Both the position numbers and the translations under genes were made by a program. From NCBI GenBank assembly GCA_965220085.1, contig CBDCOZ010000003.1, positions 1,760,001 through 1,824,000 of the forward strand: DNA of 64,000 nucleotides, in the 5' to 3' direction. Every line of letters starts with the position of its first letter. The stretch's first letter is position 1. Below, piece by piece: positions 53,001 to 62,700 of the stretch. Below the pieces are notes generated by a model. It made no database searches. It was not told where the DNA came from and worked only from the letters and a program-made list of their open reading frames with translations. The stretch is from Candidatus Oxydemutatoraceae bacterium. Its GTDB lineage: Bacteria > Pseudomonadota > Gammaproteobacteria > Poriferisulfidales > Oxydemutatoraceae.

Positions 53001-53126
53001 AAAAATTTCAGGCGCCTTCTCCCAAGGCTGAGCACCGCAACGATGCAATAGGGGGTTATTGTACCTAAAAACGAGGAGATGTGTATGCCGCCACATTCCG
53101 TATGGCTATCTGACTGATTCTGCGGC

Positions 53127-53515
53127 CTTGCCCCCTGCGGGAGGTATTGCCGGGGGGCTTCCGGGAAGAGACGCGGGCAGGGCTTTGGCGCCGGCTCGGA
53201 ATCGGGCGGGTTGGTTCTGTCATCATCTCCCGCGCGACACCGCGCTCGCTATGATTGCCGGCGCTGACTCGTTTGAATCTCGCCGTCCTTATTCGCTTGC
53301 GCCGTCACTGTGTGTTGCGATGATGTTGCGCAGTTCGATGGGGACGGGCAATGAGGCTGAGCGCGACGCTGTCTATTGCAAATGGGCGGGGTCGGCCGGG
53401 TCGGTTAATCTCCGTGTCACAGAAGTCACCGGATTACCCGCTTCATCGCGCGCTGTCAATCTGATGCCGGATGCTGTCGTGTCGGTCGTTGCATTCGCGC
53501 CAATGGCAATGGCCA
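53127..53515 (-). pseudogene. Decayed 3' end of a third paralogous cadherin gene (one broken repeat, degenerate LEGPLR tail, hairpin relic)
   Basis: Frame-broken segments IAIGANATTDTTASGIRLTARDEAGNPVTSVT.RLTDPADP / FAIDS / SSQHTVTAQANKDG / DSNE, then 53227-53144 reads DDDRTNPPDSEPAPKPCPRLFPEAPRQY, aligning to gene 2 DDDGTEPP--EPALKLRLRLFLEGPLR*. Confidence 0.78.
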
Positions 53516-53520
53516 AATGA

Positions 53521-53631
53521 GCGACCAAAGAAGAACCGGTCAAGTTGGCGACCAAGAGGGAGCTGGCCGAGCGCAAGCCGGATGCCAAAGAGGAGTTTGC
53601 TGATCGTCGCGCCATGGGCATGGTCAAACAA
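53521..53631 (+). pseudogene. Possible relic of an ATKE-repeat coiled-coil (DUF1640-like) gene
   Basis: Reads ATKEEPVKLATKRELAERKPDAKEEFADRRAMGMVKQ, with short imperfect GCGACCAA repeats; no clear start or RBS. Confidence 0.3.
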
Positions 53632-53689
53632 CGCCCGACAATCCGCGGCGCGGTTGATATGCGGGCTATAAGGGGGCTTGACGGCAGCC

Positions 53690-53744
53690 AGTCGGCCCCA
53701 AAGGAGCGTACGGCGCGAGCGCTTCCCCTGAGGAAAAGAGTGAT
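53690..53744 (-). other. Conserved 3' non-coding element after giant gene 2
   Basis: Paralog of 10403-10457. Confidence 0.8.
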
Positions 53745-56700
53745 TTATCGCAACGGGCCTTCAAGGAAGAGCCGCAAGCGGAGTTTGAGCGCCGGTTCGG
53801 GCGGCTCTGTGCCGTCGTCGTCGGTCGGGTCGTTCAAAACCTCTATTGTCATCTCCAGATCATCGGATGCCACGGCGTCTTTTGTCGCCCGCACGATTAC
53901 CGTGTGGGCGGTTGATGCCTCGTAATCTAGCGCACCCGCCACGGTCACCTCGCCGCTATCGGGGTCAATCGCGAACAAACCGTTCGGGGCGCTCGCTAGG
54001 CTCCAAGTCATTCCGCTTACCGCGCGATTGCCCTCATCGCGCACCGTCAGCGTGATGCCGGTCACCGCCGTGCCGGTCGCCGCATTCTCAACAACCGTAT
54101 TGGTCGTGGCATTGCTGTCGGCAATCGCCAGACTCTCCAGCACATTGATCACGCGTATCCTCAGCGGCATGGTAACGGGCTCATAACCGGCGGCTGCGGC
54201 TGTTACCGTTACGCTATGGCTGTGCGCGGTTTCGTAGTCCAGCGCGCCGCTCGCAATCAAAGTGATGATGCCGCCGCCGGCGCTTATGGCGAACAAGTCG
54301 GGGTCGTTCGGGTCGCCCAAACTCCACGTCACACTGCCTACGGTAGCGCCGCCGACAACCTGTGCCGCCAGCGCCACGCCCGCTATCGCCGTGCCCGACG
54401 TTGCGTCCTCCGCTATCGTCGCCGTGTAGGCGACCTGTGGCGACGGGGTCTCGTCAATATCGATTACGGCAATGATTACGTCTATTGTGGCGCTGACAGC
54501 GCCCGTTGAGGCGCGCGCCGTTATCGTATGCGTCGGCGTTGTCTCATAATCCAATTCGCCCGCCAACGTGACCACGCCGCTATCGGGGGCAATCGCAAAC
54601 AGGCCTCCCGCGTCATCGCTCAGCCCCCATATAAAGTCTGTGCCGCCGGTCAGAGGCAGACCGTCTTCGTGCGCTCGCAGGGCGATGCCCGGCACCGCCG
54701 TGCCGACCGGCGCATCCTCGGCAAGCTCTATCGCGCCGTTGCCGCTGTTTGCTACTGTCAGCGCCTCCGCCACATTCAAAACGCTTATCGTCAGCGCCAA
54801 GTCATTCGATACCACGGCGCCCGCCACAGCCCGCACCGTCACGCTATGGGTCGGCGCGCTCTCGTAATCTAACGCGCCCGCCACGATGAGTAGCGCGCTG
54901 TTAGCGGAGCTGATTGCAAACAAGCCGGCCGGGGCGCTCGCTACGCTCCATGTCACGGCAGTCACCGGCATGCCCATCTCATCGCGGGCTTGCAGTGTGA
55001 TGCCGGTCACCGCCGTGCCGGTCGCCGCATTCTCAACAACCGTATTGGTCGTGGCATCGCTATCGACTATCGTCAATGCATCCGGCGCATCCAAAATATT
55101 TATCGTCAGCGCCAAGTCATTCGATACCACGGCGCCCGCCACAGCCCGCACCGTCACGCTATGGGTCGGCGTACTCTCGTGATCTAACGCGCCCGCCGCC
55201 GTTATCTCACCGCTAACCGGGTCAATCGCGAACAGGTCGGCGGCGGTATCTGTCATCTCCCATGCGAAGCCCGCGCCGCTAGTCAGGGGCAGACTGCCTT
55301 CGTGCGCTCGCAGGGCGATGCCAGTCACCGCTGTGCCGGGCGGCGCATTCTCGGCGATGGCGTTGGCATCCGTATCGCTATCAACAATCGTCAAACTCTC
55401 CGCTACATTTCGCACCTCTATCGGCAGATCGAGCGCGACGATGCTGCCGTCGGCGGCGATGGCGACCGCCGTTACGCCATGGCTCGCAGCCGCTTCGTAA
55501 TCCGGCGCACGGTCGGTCGCGGTTTTGATAACGCCGGTGGCGGCGGCAATCGCAAACAAGCCGTCGGCATCGTCGGTCAGTATCCATGCGATGCCGCTTA
55601 GCGGGTTGCCGTCTCGTGTCGCCGCCAGCATTATTCCGCTGACTATCGTGTCCGTACTGTTCTCGGCGATGGCGTTGGGGGCTGGATCAGCATCGCTTAC
55701 GGTCGGCGGGACAATCGTCTCATCAAAGTCGGTCACCATGATGGTCAGCGGCAATGGGTCGGACCGTATGCCGCTTGCCGTGGCCCGCGCCTCTGCCGTG
55801 TGGGCGGTCGATGTCTCGTAATCCAAGGTGTTTGAGGCGCTCAGCCTGATAGCGCCGTCGGCATCTATCGCGAACAGGCCGGGCGGAGCGCTCGCTATGC
55901 TCCAGGTCACGGCGCTCACCGCATCACCCGCTTCATCGAGGGCTTGCAAGGCGATGCCGGTTACCGGCATGTTCGCCACCGCATTCTCGGCGATGGCATT
56001 GGCGGCGGTATCGCTATCAATAATCGTCAAGGGCTCCGGCGCATTCAAAATGTTTATCGTCAGGGTCAGGGTGTCGACAACGGCGCCGGTTGATGCCCGC
56101 GCCTCTATCGTGTGGCTCGTTGCCGTCTCATAATCCAATGCGCCCGCCGCCGTTACTTCGCCGCCGGTGGTAATCGAAAACAGACCGCCGGCATCGTCGC
56201 TCAAGCTCCAGAGGAAGTCTTCGCCGGCAGTCAGAGGCAAACTGCCTTCGTGCGCTTGCAGATTGATGCCGGTCACCGCCGTGCCGATTGCGGAATTCTC
56301 GGCGATGGTGTTGGCGCTCGTATCGCTATCAATAATCGTCAAGCTCTCCGGCACATTCCCAACCGCTATGGTCAGGGTCAGGTCATCGGATACCACGGCG
56401 CCCGCCACAGCCCGCACCGTCACGCTATGGGTCGGCGTGCTCTCGTAATCCAATGCGCCCGCCGCCGTTACTTCGCCGCCGGTGGTAATCGCAAACAGAC
56501 CGCCGGCATCGTCGCTCAATCTCCAGAGGAAACCTTCGCCGGCAGTCAGAGGCAGACCGTCTTCGTGCGCTCGCAGGGCGATGCCGGTTGCCGCCGTGCC
56601 GGGCGGCGCATTCTCGGCGATGGCGTTGGCATCCGTATCGCTATCAACAATCGTCAAACTCTCCGCTACATTTCGCACCTCTATCGGCAGATCGAGCGCG

Positions 56701-59700
56701 ACGATGCTGCCGTCGGCGGCGATGGCGACCGCCGTTACGCCATGGCTCGCAGCCGCTTCGTAATCCGGCGCACGGTCGGTCGCGGTTTTGATAACGCCGG
56801 TGGCGGCGGCAATCGCAAACAAGCCGTCGGCATCGTCGGTCAGTATCCATGCGATGCCGCTTAGCGGGTTGCCGTCTCGTGTCGCCGCCAGCATTATTCC
56901 GCTGACTATCGTGTCCGTACTGTTCTCGGCGATGGCGTTGGGGGCTGGATCAGCATCGCTTACGGTCGGCGGGACAATCGTCTCATCAAAGTCGGTCACC
57001 ATGATGGTCAGCGGCAATGGGTCGGACCGTATGCCGCTTGCCGTGGCCCGCGCCTCTGCCGTGTGGGCGGTCGATGTCTCGTAATCCAAGGTGTTTGAGG
57101 CGCTCAGCCTGATAGCGCCGTCGGCATCTATCGCGAACAGGCCGGGCGGAGCGCTCGCTATGCTCCAGGTCACGGCGCTCACCGCATCACCCGCTTCATC
57201 GAGGGCTTGCAAGGCGATGCCGGTTACCGGCATGTTCGCCACCGCATTCTCGGCGATGGCATTGGCGGCGGTATCGCTATCAATAATCGTCAAGGGCTCC
57301 GCTACATTGGTTACGACGATAGTCAGGTTTGGCTCGTTTGAGTCTATGCCGTCCTTTGTCGCTCGCACCGTAACCGGGTGTTGCGTTGATGCCTCGTAGT
57401 TCAATTCGCCCTCTGTGGTAATCGCGCCGGTGTTACTCGTGATTGCAAACAGGCCGCCCGCATCATCGGTCAGATTCCATTCCACTCCGCTTACCGCATT
57501 GCCGCCCTCGTCGGTCGCCGTCAGAGTGATGCCCGGCACCATGGTGCCGGTTGTCGCATTCTCGGCAATCTCTATCGCGCCGATGCCAGCATTCGCTATC
57601 GTCAATGTCTCCAGTACATTCAGTATATTTATTGTCAGTGTTACTACGGCAGGCTGATAACCGGCGGTTTCGGCGGTTACCGTTACGCTATGGCTGCGCG
57701 CGGTTTCGTAGTCCAGCGTGTCGCTCGCAACCAAAGTGATTGCGCCGTCGGCGCTGTCTATTGCAAACAAATCGGGGTGCGCCGGATCGGTCAGGCTCCA
57801 TGTCACTCCGGTCACCGAAGCGCCGCCGGGGTCTTGTGCCGCCAGCGTCACATCCGCTATCGCCGTACCCGTCGTTGCGTTCTCGGCTATCGTCGCCGTG
57901 TTGGCATCGCCCGTCGCATCGGCGTCCGTAATCCGCAACTGCGGCAGGCTCTCGTCAATATCCGTTACGGCGATGGCGAGGGTTAATTGATTCGAATCTA
58001 TGCCGTCCTTTGTCGCTTGCGCCACAACCGCGTGTTGCGTTGCCGCCTCGTAGTTCAATTCGCCCGCTACGGCAATCACGCCGGTGTTACTCGTGATTGC
58101 AAACAGGCCGCCCGCATCATCGGTCAGGCTCCATTCCACTCCGCTTACCGCAGCGCCGCCTTCGTCGCTCGCCGTCAGAGCGATGCCCGGCACCGCCGCG
58201 CCGACCGGCGCATTCTCGGCAAGCTCTATCGCATCAGCGTCGGCATTCGCTATCGTCAATGTCTCCGGCACATTCTCAACCGCTATCGTCAGCGCTAGCG
58301 TGTTCACGACAGTGCCGGTTGAGGCTTGTGCCGTTATCGTGTGGCTCTGTGCCGTCTCAAAATCCAACGCAGCCGCCACCCTCACCTCACCGCCGATGGT
58401 AATTGAAAACAGGCCGCCGGCATCATCGGTCAGGCTCCATTCCACTCCGCTTACCGCAGCGCCGCCCTCATCGCTCGCCGTCAGAGCGATGCCCGGCACC
58501 ACGGCGCCGACCGGCGCATTCTCGGCGATGGCATTGTCGCCGGCATTGCCATCGGCAATCGTCAAGCTCTCCGGCGCATTGGTTACGCCTACGCTGATTA
58601 CGCCGATGCTCAGGCTCAATATGTTTGAGTCTATGCCGTCCTTTGTCGCTTGCGCCATGACCGCGTGTTGCGTTGCTGCCTCGTAGTTCAATTCGCCCGC
58701 TACGGCAATCACGCCGGTGTTACTCGTGATTGCAAACAAGTTGCCCGCATCATCGGTCAGGCTCCATTCCGCTCCGCTTATGAGATTGCCGCCTTCATCG
58801 CTCGCCGTCAGAGCGATGCCCGGCACCACCGCGCCGACCGGCGCATTCTCGGCAATCTCTATCGCGCCGCTGCCGCCGTTCGCTATCGTCAAAGCCTCCA
58901 GCACATTCTCTACTCGCACTTCCGCTTCAATCTCTGCGCTCACCCCTCCCAGCGTCGCGCGCACTCTCAATCTATGCTCGCGGGCCGTCTCGTAGTCCAG
59001 CGCCGCTGCCACAGCGATGACACCGCTGCTCCCATCTATCGCAAACAGACCGCCCGCGTTATTCGGCAGGCTCCAAATCACGCTCAGGCGAGCGCCATCG
59101 GCGCCTCTTGCGACCAACTCCAGACCCGATACCGCCGTGCCGGTCGCCGCCGACTCCGATACCCTCGCCAGATTGTCATTGTCCGTTATGTCAACAATCG
59201 CAATGTCCTCGTTGATGTCTCCCACGCTGATAACCAGACTCGCTATGTTTGAATGGATGCCCTCTTTTGAAACTCGCACGGTCACCGTGTGTTGCGATGA
59301 TGCCTCGTAGTCCAATGAATTCGCGGCAACCAACCTGATAATGCCGGCGCTGTCCACAGAAAACAAACCATTCGGGTTATCGATCAGACTCCAGACCAGA
59401 CCGCTCGTCACCGCAACATTCGCTTCGTCCTTTGCCTCCAGCGATATGCCCAACACCCGACTGCCGGCGCCCGCGTTCTCGGCGATAGTGTTGGCATCTG
59501 CGTTTCTGTCTCTGACCGTCAGCGTCTCCGGCACATTCTCCACCGCTATCGTCAGCGACAGAGTCGCTACCGCGGTGGCCGTTGAAGCTCGCGCCTCTAT
59601 CGCATGGCTCGTATCCGTCTCGTAATCCAATGCGCCCGCCACCGTCACTTCGCCGCCGGTCGTAATCGCAAAGCGACCGCCGGCATCATTGCTCAGGCTC

Positions 59701-62700
59701 CATTCCGCTCCGCTTATGAGATTGCCGCCTTCATCGCTTGCCGTCAGAGCGATGCCCGCTACCACGGCGCCGACCGGCGCATTCTCGGCGACGGTATTGT
59801 CGGTAGTGTCGCTGTCCGTAATCGTCAGCGTCTCCGGCACATTCTCCACCGCTATCGTCAGCGACAGAGTCGCTACCGCGGTGGCCGTTGAAGCTCGCGC
59901 CTCTATCGCATGGCTCGTATCCGTCTCGTAATCCAATGCGCCCGCCACCGTCACTTCGCCGCCGGTCGTAATCGCAAAGCGCCCGCCGGCATCATTGCTC
60001 AGGCTCCATTCCGCTCCGCTTATGAGATTGCCGCCTTCATCGCTTGCCGTCAGAGCGATGCCCGCTACCACGGCGCCGACCGGCGCATTCTCGGCGACGG
60101 TATTGTCGGTAATGTCGCTGTCCGTAATCGTCAGCGTCTCCGGCACATTCTCCACCGCTATCGTCAGCGACAGAGTCGCTACCGCGGTGGCCGTTGAAGC
60201 TCGCGCCTCTATCGCATGGCTCGTATCCGTCTCGTAATCCAATGCGCCCGCCACCGTCACTTCGCCGCCGGTCGTAATCGCAAAGCGACCGCCGGCATCA
60301 TTGCTCAGGCTCCATTCCGCTCCGCTTATGAGATTGCCGCCTTCATCGCTTGCCGTCAGAGCGATGCCCGCTACCACGGCGCCGACCGGCGCATTCTCGG
60401 CGACGGTATTGTCGGTAGTGTCGCTGTCCGTAATCGTCAGCGTCTCCGGCACATTCTCCACCGCTATCGTCAGCGACAGAGTCGCTACCGCGGTGGCCGT
60501 TGAAGCTCGCGCCTCTATCGCATGGCTCGTATCCGTCTCGTAATCCAATGCGCCCGCCACCGTCACTTCGCCGCCGGTCGTAATCGCAAAGCGCCCGCCG
60601 GCATCATTGCTCAGGCTCCATTCCGCTCCGCTTATGAGATTGCCGCCTTCATCGCTTGCCGTCAGAGCGATGCCCGCTACCACGGCGCCGACCGGCGCAT
60701 TCTCGGCGACGGTATTGTCGGTAATGTCGCTGTCCGTAATCGTCAGCGTCTCCGGCACATTCTCCACCGCTATCGTCAGCGACAGAGTCGCTACCGCGGT
60801 GGCCGTTGAAGCTCGCGCCTCTATCGCATGGCTCGTATCCGTCTCGTAATCCAATGCGCCCGCCACCGTCACTTCGCCGCCGGTCGTAATCGCAAAGCGA
60901 CCGCCGGCATCATTGCTCAGGCTCCATTCCGCTCCGCTTATGAGATTGCCGCCTTCATCGCTTGCCGTCAGAGCGATGCCCGCTACCACGGCGCCGACCG
61001 GCGCATTCTCGGCGACGGTATTGTCGGTAGTGTCGCTGTCCGTAATCGTCAGCGTCTCCGGCACATTCTCCACCGCTATCGTCAGCGACAGAGTCGCTAC
61101 CGCGGTGGCCGTCGAAGCTCGCGCCTCTATCGCATGGCTCGTATCCGTCTCGTAATCCAATGCGCCCGCCACCGTCACTTCGCCGCCGGTCGTAATCGCA
61201 AAGCGCCCGCCGGCATCATTGCTCAGGCTCCATTCCGCTCCGCTTATGAGATTGCCGCCTTCATCGCTTGCCGTCAGAGCGATGCCCGCTACCACGGCGC
61301 CGACCGGCGCATTCTCGGCGATGGTATTGTCGGTAGTGTCGCTGTCCGTAATCGTCAGCGTCTCCGGCACATTCTCCACCGCTATCGTCAGCGACAGAGT
61401 CGCTACCGCGGTGGCCGTCGAAGCTCGCGCCTCTATCGCATGGCTCGTATCCGTCTCGTAATCCAATGCGCCCGCCACCGTCACTTCGCCGCCGGTCGTA
61501 ATCGCAAAGCGCCCGCCGGCATCATTGCTCAGGCTCCATTCCGCTCCGCTTATGAGATTGCCGCCTTCATCGCTCGCCGTCAGAGCGATGCCCGCTACCA
61601 CGGCGCCGACCGGCGCATTCTCGGCGACGGTATTGTCGGTAGTGTCGCTGTCCGTAATCGTCAGCGTCTCCGGCACATTCTCCACCGCTATCGTCAGCGA
61701 CAGAGTCGCTACCGCGGTGGCCGTTGAAGCTCGCGCCTCTATCGCATGGCTCGTATCCGTCTCGTAATCCAATGCGCCCGCCACCGTCACTTCGCCGCCG
61801 GTCGTAATCGCAAAGCGCCCGCCGGCATCATTGCTCAGGCTCCATTCCGCTCCGCTTATGAGATTGCCGCCTTCATCGCTCGCCGTCAGAGCGATGCCCG
61901 GCACCACCGCGCCGACCGGCGCATTCTCGGCAATCTCTATCGCGCCGCTGCCGCCGTTCGCTATCGTCAAAGCCTCCAGCACATTCTCTACTCGCACTTC
62001 CGCTTCAATCTCTGCGCTCACCCCTCCCAGCGTCGCGCGCACTCTCAATCTATGCTCGCGGGCCGTCTCGTAGTCCAGCGCCGCTGCCACAGCGATGACA
62101 CCGCTGCTCCCATCTATCGCAAACAGACCGCCCGCGTTATTCGGCAGGCTCCAAATCACGCTCAGGCGAGCGCCATCGGCGCCTCTTGCGACCAACTCCA
62201 GACCCGATACCGCCGTGCCGGTCGCCGCCGACTCCGATACCCTCGCCAGATTGTCATTGTCCGTTATGTCAACAATCGCAATGTCCTCGTTGATGTCTCC
62301 CACGCTGATAACCAGACTCGCTATGTTTGAATGGATGCCCTCTTTTGAAACTCGCACGGTCACCGTGTGTTGCGATGATGCCTCGTAGTCCAATGAATTC
62401 GCGGCAACCAACCTGATAATGCCGGCGCTGTCCACAGAAAACAAACCATTCGGGTTATCGATCAGACTCCAGACCAGACCGCTCGTCACCGCAACATTCG
62501 CTTCGTCCTTTGCCTCCAGCGATATGCCCAACACCCGACTGCCGGCGCCCGCGTTCTCGGCGATAGTGTTGGCATCTGCGTTTCTGTCTCTGACCGTCAG
62601 CGTCTCCGGCACATTCTCCACCGCTATCGTCAGCGACAGAGTCGCTACCGCGGTGGCCGTCGAAGCTCGCGCCTCTATCGCATGGCTCGTATCCGTCTCG

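Noticed and set aside
53001-53096. ORF-track start at 53096 for giant gene 1
   Set aside because: The 32 extra residues lie in AT-richer promoter-like sequence and push the hydrophobic signal core too far from the N-terminus; ATG 53000 or 52964 fits better.
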